Shown one piece after another: positions 39,337-51,900 of a DNA stretch of 64,000 nt. Origin of the DNA: Eledone cirrhosa (lineage: Eukaryota); assembly GCA_964016885.1 (NCBI GenBank), contig OZ024744.1:44826001-44890000 (forward strand), in the 5' to 3' direction. The position numbers and the translations under genes were made by a program. The notes beneath the pieces were generated by a model. The model was given only the letters and a program-made list of their open reading frames with translations, searched no databases and was not told the DNA's origin. Numbering within the stretch: position 1 is the stretch's first letter; the number at the start of each line of letters is the position of its first letter.

Positions 39337-39634
39337 GTGAGAGAAGCAAGTATGGCCTGAATGAATGGGCCTTCTCTGAGTATGTGTCTGTAAATTAAAG
39401 GTGGAAAACTGGGAGAGGGCACTTGCCCTGGTGGTCAGGGCCACTGTGGTCTTTTAATGGGCTTTCTCCACAAATGTCCCTCGGAAGTCGCCCCCCTATT
39501 GGGGAATTTTTCTTTGTTTGTTTATTTCAACCTCCGTTTTTTTACACGCAGAAATGCCCATTTGTACCGTCCTGTATTGTCCTGTACTGTCCTTAATCTC
39601 TACTTTATGTAAACCCTTGTGGTTAATAAAGAAA

Positions 39635-39731
<97 letters not shown>

Positions 39732-39789
39732 GAATAGGTCGGAAGAGGTTTAGAACATTTGTTGACAATAATTGTCTTATCACTCAAAT

Positions 39790-40020
39790 TAAATGGTAGA
39801 CTGCAATGCTACATGGCAGTGGGACATGGGTCTTGCCTGCGAAAGACCTGTGAGTTCTAGAAAGATATGATGCGAGCATGCCCCGATGGAAATAATGTTA
39901 ATATGCATGAACAACGTGGCATAAGCGATCCGAGAGGAATACTACATATGGCCTGCAAGAAAGAAGACTGCATTGACATGGGCAGGTGATGCTTAATGAA
40001 GATAACAGCTGTAAAAAGGT
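39790..40020 (+). mobile_element. Small degraded RTE-like RT C-terminal fragment
   Basis: Translates to TAMLHGSGTW..L..LER.DASM.RW. Confidence 0.5.
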
Positions 40021-41090
40021 CCGCAGGATTTGCGCCGAAATTATTGAATATAACATATCAATACATACATATGAAAATAGCCGTAGTTTCGGAAAGCAAA
40101 ATTTAGTTGAATGTCAAAAAAAAAAGGAGAGAGAATATTTTGAAAAATTTGCTATGTGATATCTACTCCGCCTCTTTCTGTTCTGAATTAACATCCCATA
40201 TATATCAATTTTATCTTTCATCTAAATTATAGTACCAGTCAAATACTGGGGTGCGATTTATTTGATATACTCCTTCCCAACATCACTGTATCAAACTACA
40301 CTAGTAAAATATTCTTGAAAGATACAAAACAATATTATTACTGCATCGTTTTAAAATTTAAAATATTTACTTTAATTTACCACAAATCTTCACAACAATC
40401 TACCCACGAGTAAAAATACTATAAATACTTGAAGTAAAACATTTTCTTTCAGACAATTTCTGCTAAATGTTTACAGGATGTTAAGTATTAATTAAGTTAT
40501 ATCTAATTTCAGGAACCTTTCGGGTAGCAGACTCATTAACCATCTACGTCCTTTTCAATTAGAACATGTGGAGGTCAATGAGAAGAAATGAAATAGACCT
40601 GTAACAGAAAAATAAATCACAGAAGAATGGCAAACAGAAGGTGATATATTAGTTTTAAAAGAAATGAATACGAAGTCATTGTATCAATTAATTAAAACAT
40701 TTTGAGCTTTGATTATTTTGAAATTTTAACTCCTTTAATCAGTAAATTATGATTTCTTTCTTCTCATTTTATTCATGCATTTATTTTATTTTTATCGATT
40801 GATTTCTCTATTTTACCCCACTGAAGTGTTTGAAGTTTAGTTCAATAAAATTAATACCAGTTATATACTAATGTTGATTTAATCTTATATCTTACAAACT
40901 TGTTACTTTATGGTGGTTGAGGTTGTAATGGTGGTGGTGGAGGTTGTAGTGGTGGTGGTGGAAGTTGTAGTGGTGGTGGTGGTGGGTAATTTAACATGTC
41001 ACAACTATCATATACATAGCCAAAGTGCAGCAACATAGTAGAAAATGGTAAAGAGCATGACTTAAGACTTTGCATTATATAGATTTATAT

Positions 41091-41282
41091 AGGGCGGTGA
41101 ATTGGCAGTATCGGTAGAGGGTTGGACGTCATGCTTTCTAGCATAGTTACGTCCCTTTACGGTTTGAGTTCAAATCCCGCCGAGGTTAACTTTGTCTTTC
41201 ATCCTTACGCGGTCGTTAAAATAAAGTATCAGTAATGTACTGGGTAATTGCTGGCCTTGTGCCTAAAGTAGAAACAATTATA
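41091..41282 (+). mobile_element. tRNA-type SINE
   Basis: Same A box, B box, body and tail as the copy at 33535. Confidence 0.88.
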
Positions 41283-41649
41283 TAGATTTGTTATTCTGTT
41301 TCCAGTTCAAATCTCACCGCTGTTGACTTAAACATTGATGTAGTAGCCATATTTCGATCAATTATAACTTTGCACAGTAAACGTGTAAACGATGAGAGTG
41401 TGTCAACGTGAAAACGGTGGAAAGACAAGATAATATCTATAACAAAATGAGGAATAAAGAAAATATTTGTCCCAGAAACACAATGTACCACAGCAATATA
41501 GTAATAGTAATGACTTTTAAACATAATAGAAGATAGTGTAAATAAACTATATACTCAGCAAGTCATTATTTCTACAAATACAATAATTATATCACCTCAA
41601 TTTAGATCTTATTCAAAAATTGTGCTGAGTTGAACTTTAGGTGTATCAT

Positions 41650-41653
41650 GATA

Positions 41654-41686
<33 letters not shown>

Positions 41687-42545
41687 ATTCTTCTTCTTCT
41701 TCTTCTTCTTCTTCTTCTTCTTCTTCTTCTTCTTCTTCTTCTTCTTCTTCTTCTTCTTCTTCTTCTTCTTCTTCTTGAGAAGTCGTGGGGTCAGAGTCCT
41801 CATTTACACCTTCGACCGTGTCCTGCCAGATGCAACTGTCTCCTCTCCGGCTGAATCCTTGAAACGAACCAAACTTATGGATGTTATCCAAACATTTTAC
41901 TCGAGGTCTACGCTTGGGTCTCTGTCGATTGGTTTTGCCCGTAAAATATGTCCATCGATTTTTTCCTGAGAAAATTGTATCAGAGCTGTGATCTCTCAAT
42001 TCGGAGAATTCTTGTACTTAATCCAGCTTCCTGTCTTTAACCACTTGTGAACACGGTCCCGAGATACTAGAACCTCTCTACCTGCTTCAGTGGAAAACCA
42101 TTCACACGTAGAGTGCACTATGTTGGCTTTCTTGAGAGGACGGGTGTCTCAGTTTTCGGAGCACTGATTTTTATTCAAGCCATGCAGCACGCGGCAGCAA
42201 ACCATCAAGTGCAAGTCGGAGATCGACTTCTGTCGAGTTAAGTAACAATATGTCGTCTGCAAATTCCAACCGACTGATTTTACACCCGCCAGTCATGATA
42301 CCACTTCTAACCCGGCTACGCATGTCAAACTTGGTCATAACGAAGAGAGGAGGTGACAATACGCACTCTTAGCAGAGTCCGACTATCACATTGAATGATT
42401 TCAATTTAACACCATTTATCCGAACACAAATACTCTGGCATTCGTATAGAGACATCAAGACAAAAAGAAGCTGATCATCGATCCCATTCTACTGCAGAAC
42501 TTTCCACGAGATCCCGAGAAACACATTTATATGCCTTTTCTAGGT
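41650..42545 (-). mobile_element. Degraded RTE-like LINE fragment with (GAA)n tail abutting (TAA)n
   Basis: CVLSPPLF, RLEFADDILLL, RPKRRPR..LDNI; (CTT)n at 41689-41776. Confidence 0.7.
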
Positions 42546-42579
42546 CTCACAATCAATACTCCCACGATTTATTGCTATC

Positions 42580-42674
<95 letters not shown>

Positions 42675-42898
42675 CCTCTTTCACCCTCTCTCTCTCGCTC
42701 TCATATATATATATAGATGGATAGATAGATAGGTGTGTGTGTATATAAACTATAATAAAATAAGGAGTGCGGGACTGCGTACAGTTTATTTCTTTTAATC
42801 CAGTTAGCAAAATAAGTTGGATTACTTTCAATAAATAATGAATGAATATTACATAAGTTATGTACTAAATTAAATTTAATATAAATAATTTTATTGTT

Positions 42899-43865
42899 TA
42901 CTAGCAGTAAAGCCCGGCGTTGCTCGGGGTCGCTCAGTAGCTGTGTTAAAGTTACAATGTTAAGTTTCTTTCTTGGCTTAAAAACTGTAGTGTCTACTGT
43001 GCAGACTTGCATGTGGTGTTTTTGATTAATATTCCCTCAACCAACAATATGCCTTATGAAGTTAAGAAAACATAACGATAACCCGAATGTTATAACAAAA
43101 GAGGATGCTGGGGATAGAAACTGCACTGGTTATTTATTAACAAAGATCGAAAATGTAAACACTGCAACGCAGGGAAAAACATTAGCGTAACCAAATTATC
43201 AGTTATGTCTGTCTGCACGCCTATATCACCTCTCTGCACGACTGTCTGTCTGCACGCCTATATCACCTCTCTGCACGACTGTCTGTCTGCACGCCTATAT
43301 CACCTCTCTGCACGACTGTCTGTCTGCACGCCTATATCACCTCTCTGCACGACTGTCTGTCTGCACGCGTATATCACCTCTCTGCACGACTGTCTGTCTG
43401 CACGCCTAACGACGAAATATTTGCTTGTTTTACGTAGTCTTTAAATAGACTTGTTTTCAAGTAAAAATATTGTTTTAAAATGCTTTTAAATGGAAATGAA
43501 GCAAAACGGAAGCTTAGTGTTCGAACTGATGAATTTTGCAGGTCAATATTTTGCTGGCTCGACAACTGTTCGTGTATTGTGTTAATGTCATTTTAAACGC
43601 TGAGAAAGCCAGCGTAATTTTTTACGTAAGACGCTCAATGTAAACAGAACAAAGGGAAATAACTGATCACTTACGCTCAAAAATCGATACATTATATTCG
43701 ATTTCGTCACATAGGGTGGGTCAATTTGAAATATTGTTTCCGATGTCTTCGCTAGGGCTCAATGTACAAGTATAGCAATTTCGGTGCAATTCCGTGAGAG
43801 ATTCTAAGAGATGTGTGCCAAAAATCGATAGACAGACAGACAACCACAGTTTTATATATATAGAT
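42899..43865 (+). mobile_element. Non-autonomous Helitron-like (Lep1/HINE-type) element
   Basis: 5' tactagcagtaaagcccggcgttgctcggg hairpin; 3' (gaca)n...ttttatatatatagat. It has the same terminal architecture as the elements at 44084 and 55192. Confidence 0.6.
43207..43406. repeat. 37-bp minisatellite, about 5.5 copies
   Basis: Unit ctgtctgtctgcacgcctatatcacctctctgcacga. Confidence 0.92.
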
Positions 43866-44083
43866 TTAAAATTGACTTCTTTTCAAAGTTTCAAATTTCT
43901 ACACTTCCAGTATATAGCCGCCACCACCACCATCACTCCAACTACCATATATATATAGAAAGAGAGAGTTTGTGATGAGAGAGATACAGATAGAGTGATT
44001 ATGATTTTCTACACGCTGACGCGTATCTATGTGTATGTGCACATACATACATCTGTATGTATGAGTATATAACTATTATGATT

Positions 44084-44700
44084 ACTAGCTGACGTACCCA
44101 GCTTCGCCCGGGTAAACAGATGATAAGAGAAGACAGGTAAAAGAGAAAATGACTGTATTGGATGTTTGTCTTGTTACAGTATTAGGCGAATCCGTGGTGT
44201 CTGTGTGATACAGGAAACAGTTTTTAAAAATCTTCCAGATATACCAGATTCTTCGTTGTACCGTTTGTGCATAGTATATGAACAATTCTAGGTGCTACCA
44301 CCTAGAATAGTGACCTCTAGGAGATGGTTCATCTTCTGCCTGACTGTAAAACGTGTATCATTGCATAGACGTGTTTGTTCCACGTTTCTCAAAAGGATTA
44401 TGGAAGTTCCAATCTTTTATATTATATGTAGATATAGATATAGATAATTAATATAAAAGATGATGCTCAGCCAATTCATCTTCAACCATCGCAGCACGCC
44501 GTCGCTGCTTGGCTCCAGTGTTTCGTTGGCGTTGTTCAGCCAGCTCCTCATCATCCATGGCGGCACGTCTTCGACTCTGAACTTCGGCGTTCCGATGGCG
44601 CTGTTCGGCCCGTTTTTCTTCATTCCTGGCTGCACGCCGACGCCGCTGTAGTTCACTGTTTGATAAAGTCGAATTGCTTTTACTTTCTGTACGCACGCAC
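44084..44700. mobile_element. Helitron-like terminus plus an R/E-rich repeat peptide remnant (minus strand, 44460-44665)
   Basis: actagctgacgtacccagcttcgcccggg terminus. The peptide QRRRRAARNEEKRAEQRHRNAEVQSRRRAAMDDEELAEQR resembles RepHel N-terminal repeats. Confidence 0.45.
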
Positions 44701-45353
44701 ACACACATAAACATACGCGCACGTACATACACACGCACACATGGTAATAGTTACAGCGTTCACTTTGCCTCTCTGTTTCTTACTCTCCCCTCTCACTCCC
44801 TTATTGGCATTATGCATATTAATTTAAGTTTAGCATCGGTGAGGTGGGCGGAGTCGTTTGAAACTTATGAACCAATGATAATCGAGAATTATGACACACG
44901 GAATACTGACATTGTTGAAATTAATATATAGATATAACTATCATCGCACAAACACAAACTTTAAAAAATACATGCTCACGAACATACATTCGCACAGATA
45001 CACATACTTTCAAACATATACTTTCACACAAACACATACATACATTCACACATATACATTTACACAAACACACATTCACACATATACATTTACACAAACA
45101 CACACATACAGTCATACAGTCAAGATAGCAGCGTTCAGTGAATTGTAAATGGGAGGGTAAAAGAAATATAACGTTTTATTTATTTATTAACTCTTATTTT
45201 TAAAACTCATTTAATATAATGCTTACAGCACGAAAACACTAACAAATATAATATACTATGCGCCCGTCCGGCTGGCGCCCGGCTAGGTATACCTGCCTCC
45301 ACCACTCCACTGCAAAGATATCATACACTCTCCCGTGTCACAATGTCCTTCCG

Positions 45354-45411
<58 letters not shown>

Positions 45412-45545
45412 CTCCCTCTCTCTCTCTCTGTACTCTGAATAACTAACAATTTAATTGTATCTCTGTCTAACGGCCTAGCTATCTCTTTTCCCCTCCCTCT
45501 GTTTTTCTGTCTCTCTCTGTAGATGTGTGCGTGTAGGTTTCCTAA

Positions 45546-45626
<81 letters not shown>

Positions 45627-45909
45627 CTCTCTCTCTCTCTCTCTTTCTCTCTATGTGTGTGTGTGTGTGTATATTTTGAAGGGAGATACGGAAACTAAAA
45701 CAGTGTTGTCATATAGAGAGTGAAGAGCGACAGAGAGAGTAAAGAAGTTAAATTATAGAGAGGAGGAATGATCTTACATACATACATGCATACATACCTA
45801 TATATAAAGTATAGATATGTATGTGGGTGTGTTTGTGTATGTGTGTGTGTATGTGCATGTGTGTGTCTGTGTTTTGATGTTATCCGGCAATTGGCGAAAT
45901 CAGGTGTGA

Positions 45910-46037
<128 letters not shown>

Positions 46038-46486
46038 TATGCGAGCGACGACAGAAAAAGTGTGTGGGATACATACATTATTATATTTGTCTGTATTTTC
46101 GTTCTGCAACCATTATATTATGATATTTGTATCCAAATGATTTAAGATGTATGTATTACCTGCTTGCCAGTTCCTTTATTTCTCTTTCCCTGTCTCTCTC
46201 TCTCTCTCCTCTCTCCTCTCTCCTCTCTCCTCTCTCCACTCTCCTCTCTCCTCTCTTCTCTTTCTCTCTCTTTAGATGTGTGTGTGTGTGTAGTTTTCCT
46301 AATTTCTCTCTTCCACTCTCTGTCTCTCTAAGAGGGTTACCTTTTGATGTGTGTTTTACCTGCTTTTGTGTTGACCGAATTTGAAGGAGGTTATACTTTT
46401 GAAATAAACATACATACGACGCTCATCTCTATGTTGATATATGATATAAATAATGGGATTTATGAGTTAATATCTGTATACAACAA

Positions 46487-46770
46487 CTACAACGGTACGC
46501 GATGGGTCCCACCCACAGCCCCGGCGGACATAATGGAGAAGGTGTTTCCCCGGAGGACGGAAAGGGAGACTCGCTGGAAAAGCCAGTCCAACTCGCGGGG
46601 CTCACACCTGCGGCTGGCCAGCTCAGCGCCTATGGTGGTGAGTAAGGAGGTAGCCCTGGGGCCGAGGACACCAGAAGTCTCCACTGCCAAGGGTACGACC
46701 GCAAACCTGTCGGAGAGCGACCGGTATTTGAGGAGTTTGGCCCCCCAGCCCGACGTGCGGCAGAACCTGG
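46487..46770 (-). mobile_element. C-terminal RLE fragment of a CRE-like non-LTR retrotransposon
   Basis: KLLKYRSL...FAVVPLAVETSGVLG...LFQRVSLSVLRGN; a GC-rich island. Confidence 0.75.
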
Positions 46771-46789
46771 GTATATATTGATATATTGA

Positions 46790-47163
46790 AGGTAGATACG
46801 GAAAGTAAAAGAGTGTTGTCATATAGAGAGTGAAGAGAGACAGAGAGTAAAGCAATTAAATTATAGAGAGGGTGAAAGAGGGAGAGAGAAAGAGACGACG
46901 CTCAGCTTTTTAATATTTGAGAGTGAAGAGCGACAGAGAGAGTAAAGCAGTTAAATTATAGAGAGGGGAAATGATCTATTATAGAGAGAGGAAAGAGCGA
47001 CGGAGAGAGTAAAGCTGAGAAACTATAGGCGGGTGTGTAGGATACATACGTGTTGACCGAATTTACATACGACGCTCATCTCTACGGAAAGTAAAAGAGT
47101 GTTGTCATATAGAGAGTGAAGAGAGACAGAGAGTAAAGCAATTAAATTATAGAGAGGGTGAAA

Positions 47164-47256
<93 letters not shown>

Positions 47257-47370
47257 GACGCTCAGCTTTATAATATTTGAGAGTGAAGAGCGACAGAGAG
47301 AGTAAAACAGTTAAATTATAGAGAGGGGGAATGATCTATTATAGAGAGAGGGAAGAGCGACCGAGAGAGA
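46790..47370. repeat. Tandem duplication of a ~270-290 bp GA-rich unit, with a related block at 45675-45770
   Basis: tacggaaagtaaaagagtgttgtcatatagagagtgaagag is repeated. Confidence 0.75.
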
Positions 47371-47769
47371 GAAGAGGGACAAGCACGTAATGCACACATA
47401 TAAGACCACATAGGCTGGATAATGCCTCTCGCCTTTACCGTTGCCTCCAGGATGTGGGAAGAAGCAAAAGAGTCACTAACTGTGACGTCCCAGGTAAGGC
47501 ACCAGCCTCTTAACCAGGAGCACAGAATAAGACCGTCAAGTCTTTTGCCGAGGGGATGTTTGCCCGGGCCAAAGCTCTTAACTGGTAATAGGACAGTGTG
47601 TGTATGTGCCTGCGCGTGAGTTTGTCGGCGTTCTTAAATTAGAGACACGTGTGTGTGAGCCACTGTTTTTAAGTTAGACATATATATGTGTGTATCCCTT
47701 TCCTTCCTTTTACACACACATACATTCACACAAACACACATACACATTGTGTGATGGACAGGTGGACAG

Positions 47770-48199
47770 AAGTCCCTCAAATTTATATACATGGGAATGG
47801 AGTTCTACTGAAGCAGTTAGAGAAGTTCAATTATCTTGGAGCCGTGTTCATGAGTGATGGAATGCAGGAGGCTGAATTAAGTGCAAAATTGCAAAAGCTG
47901 ATACAGTAATGCGCCAGCATCAGCATTCAGCAATCAGAAGAAGCGGGTAGGTGTTAAAGCCAAACTCGCTGACTTCCTGGTATTCCTGCCAACTCTTACC
48001 GAGGATCATGAATCTTGAGTAATGACCAAAAGAATACAATTGCAAATAAAAGTGGCAGAGATGGGATTCTTCCGAAGGGTCTTTGGAGTAACGTTACTCG
48101 ATAAAGTGCATAGCTCAGAGACCAGAGAGTCACTCCTGGTAGAGCCGCTACTTCTCCAAATTGAGAGATCATAACTCCGATATTATGAGCCTGTGGTCA

Positions 48200-48200
<1 letters not shown>
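47770..48200 (+). mobile_element. Degraded RTE-like LINE fragment
   Basis: LKQLEKFNYLG, LPTLT..HES, AEMGFFRRVFGVTLLDKV. Confidence 0.75.
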
Positions 48201-48230
<30 letters not shown>

Positions 48231-48233
<3 letters not shown>

Positions 48234-48804
48234 ATGTGCAACCATGCAGTATTCTTCTCCCCATTTTTTCACATATATTTACCTAAACTGCGATTCTGTT
48301 TTTCTCTCTCTCTCTCTTACTGCTCCCTCGTTCTCTCTGTTTCTCTTACTTTCTTTCGTCCCCTCTGTCATGTCAGTTAACACTTTCTCTCTACTGACCT
48401 CTTCCTCACACTTCCACTCACTCACTCACTGTTTCTCCCCTTCTCACTTCCCCCCGTTCGCGATGTTAACGATTTTCCTTCTTTCTTACATTGGATTCAT
48501 CTCGAAAGGTCTATTTTCTACTCGCTCATATATTCACCCAGCTTATACTGATAGAATAACTATGTAGCTTGTGTCTCTTCCTATCTTCGGTTAGCTTTCC
48601 TCTGTGTTGTTTACTTGTCTCACTCGCTTTACGCGTTTTAATTGTCCTAATAACTTATTTTAGTTATTATTGCGCCAACGTGAGGTATATGATTTTTAAT
48701 GCAATGAAATACCTATGACCGTTGGTAAATCACTGATGAGGGACTCATTTTATAACATGTTATCCATGTGCAACCATGCAGTATTCTTCTCCCCATTTTT
48801 TCAC

Positions 48805-48805
<1 letters not shown>
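48231..48805 (+). repeat. One ~532-nt family C unit with ~45-nt terminal redundancy, between (TA)n tracts
   Basis: tccatgtgcaaccatgcagtattcttctccccattttt occurs at 48231 and 48763. Homologous to 21841-22588. Confidence 0.75.
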
Positions 48806-48869
<64 letters not shown>

Positions 48870-48896
48870 GAGAGAGAGAGAGAAGAGAGAGATAGG

Positions 48897-48950
<54 letters not shown>

Positions 48951-48953
<3 letters not shown>

Positions 48954-51900
48954 TTCTTTATTTACCATAAAGGCATAAAAAGAAGAGACAAATACAAAGG
49001 GGGAGTTTACATACAATCGAGTAAAAAGGGTATAAAATGAAAATAACCGAAAATAACCTCAAAAGGGAGGGGACGTGATGGGGGTTGCACACACCCCCGA
49101 AAAAGTGTGCAATCCTTTGCCCGGGGAGCACATGGAGAAGGTGCTCCCCTCTCCTTTACTTCTTTACCTACAGGATGGTATACAGAGAAGGCCCATTTAC
49201 ACGAGCCATTCTCGCCACTATCACCCACCTTTCATAAAACTGCCTGTGGCCAAGCACCTCTCTCTCCATTCTTATCCTTCTTCCGAAGTGATATCGGAAG
49301 AAGTAGACCAGACTATGACCAGAGAGGAAGTTGCCTGACCTCAGACCTTTCAATCGTGTCCACCAAACAACCTCTTTCAACATGGTTATTACGCACAGAA
49401 AAACCGCCTTTGCTTCCTTTGTGAAGAGGGGAGGCGGTTTGATTGTCATCACGGACTCGGCGGTCAATTGAATCGGCGCCACCCGTGACAGCAGTCGTTC
49501 GGCGTAGCCCCACAGATCAGCCACGCCCGGACATTGCACCAATGCGTGCGCAACGGTTTCTTCGTGTCGCACGGATCTAGGGCAAAACTTTTTTGAGGGA
49601 TCCCTGCCCGGGCGCCCGTGTCTGTAGAGCCTCTGTCGAACGGGTAGAGCCCCCCGGTAGCACTGCCAGGCTAGTGACTTCTGGAAGTTGTCCATTGGTC
49701 CCGGCCCGAAAGTCCTACCGAACAGGCTGGCCAGTTCGTCCTCTTCCATGTCCAGCGACTCTCCAAGGGTGTCATGGCCCCTGCTAGTCACTATCCCTCT
49801 ATAGAATGATGAGGTGGATTCTCCACTGACGGCCTGGCCCGCTTGCCAGAGAGCCCTGAGCGCCTGAGCACACTCAGTGTGCCAGTCTCCCAGTTTTCCG
49901 GATCTTTGCTTGACCCAGGACTGCAGCTCGGTGAGCGAGACGAGTCTTGGAAAGGCTCGTTTCACGAACGGAGCCCACACCGGTTGACCAGTGAGGAATA
50001 CCTGTAGGTGCCGTAGCCTTAATGCATGCCTACGCATCATCAACCATGGCATCCCCAGCCCTCCTTTCGAAGGTAGTTGGCAGCAGATGGATCTTCTCAC
50101 CATAGGAGGGCGCTTCTTCCAAAGAAATTGGAAGAGCATGCGTTCCATGGTGGTGAGTGTTTCCTTAGGGCAAGGCACGACAGTCAGGCGGTAGTAAGTG
50201 ACGGACGCTATGTAAATGTTCGCCACCTCCGCCCGGCCTTTTAGGGACAGCTTACACTTGGCCCATTTCTGGGTTAGTGCAAACACCTTGTTCGTAACCT
50301 CGTTCCTGTTCTTTTCCACCTGGAGGTCCGGTCCAAACCAGACCCCAAGCAACTTTACCGGGCCCTCCGTCCAGTGTCCGACGACACCGTCGGGAGGTAT
50401 CGTCTGCCTCTCCACGTTCCGAGTTGCAGCCCAATGGATTTTTCCCGGTTCAGTTTCGCTCCTGACAACCTTTCGTAATCCTCCAGTAAGGTACCGATCG
50501 CCTCGATCTCCGAGTCGGTCGATACCATTACTGTTACGTCATCGGCGTAGGCCGACACCGCTTTGCTCAATCCTGGTTCCAGGGGGATATCCTGCAACAA
50601 CTCCAACTTCCCAAGTAAAGGCTCGAGAGTCAATACGTACAGAAGGGAGGAGAGAGGGCACCCCTGTCGAATGGATCGTGTGATTTCGAACGGCTTCGAA
50701 AGGTAGCCGTTCACCTTGATCCTAGAACAGATGTGGTTGCTATGTAAGGCAGTGATCCAGCCTCTGAAAACAGGACCGAACCCAGCTGCCGCTAGCACCG
50801 CATCCAGGTAACCATGGTCGACCCTATCGAAGGCCTTAGACTGATCCAAGTTGATCAGGGCCCCACCGAAGCCGGGTTTGTTGCCAACCCTCTCTATGAT
50901 GTATCGCATGAGGTGGAGGTTATCGTGAATGGACCTGGATGGGATAGCACATGTCTGCGCATCTCCCACCAGGCCACCCACGACAAGCGCCAACCTCTTT
51001 GCTAACACCTTGGCCAAAATCTTTAACTCTGTGTTTAGCAGGGTTATGGGCCGAAAATTATTTATACTATCTCCCTTGTTCTCGTCCTTCCTCACCAGCG
51101 TGACTACTCCCTTGGCTACAGAACAAGGAATTCTCCCGTTCTGCGGCCAATTGCAGTAGACCGCTTCGAGGAGTTCGGAGAAGAAGACCGGCATTGCTAA
51201 ATAAAGTTCGTAAAGTATACCATCGAGACCTGGAGATTTGCGTCTGCTGCATTGGCTCAGCGCATCTCCGATCTCATCAGCCGAGATTGGTCCCTCGCAG
51301 GACTCTGCCTCTTCGCTCGAGAGACGCGGCAGGCCATCGAGGTATGGACCGAAATCCACGTCCCCGCCCGGACCCTCGCCTCCCCCGAACAATCGGGCAA
51401 AGTGCCTTTGAAAGGCCTCGCACATCTGCTTAGGCTCCCGGATCACCCGTCCATCTTCGTCTTGCAACGACCGGATGGTGGATCGATTTCCACTCTTAGC
51501 TTCTGTCACGCGGGCCCAGCCAACGGCTTTGGCCCCCTCATTACCTAGAGCACGTATTTTACTTCGAATGACGCAGCCTTCGTGCTTTGCATCGAAAAAC
51601 TGGTTCAAGGCCGTCCTCGATGCCAGCACTCTGGCCACATCTTCGCTCTTGATTGCCTCTTCTAATTTACCTGTTAATTCTTTCTCGTTTCTATTCCTAT
51701 CGGCAGTTAACATCTTGCTATAACTTATTGATTCTGTTCTAATCTCTCTTTTGAGAGATGCCCACCATCAGTTGTTGACGATTGCACCCGTCAACCTCTC
51801 CTTAACTAATCTGCTAATCCGGTTTCTGTAAGTCTCTTTTGCGGGTAAAGACAAATTAAGTTTCCAGTAAACGGGACCCTGTTTATGTGTTTTCTCGAGA

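Larger units (their letters stand above)
33744..39730 (+). mobile_element. Full-length L1/Tx1-like LINE family A, copy 2
   Basis: 5' UTR, disrupted ORF1, 1120-aa ORF2, 3' UTR with AATAAA, and a long (TTA)n tail at 39637-39730. Confidence 0.95.

Noticed and set aside
40020-41090. Possible host exon in unique AT-rich sequence
   Set aside because: No ORF, motif or reliable splice evidence; short exons cannot be excluded without RNA data.
43207-43406. 37-bp repeat of CRISPR-like length
   Set aside because: The repeats are contiguous with no unique spacers, there are no cas genes, and the context is eukaryotic.
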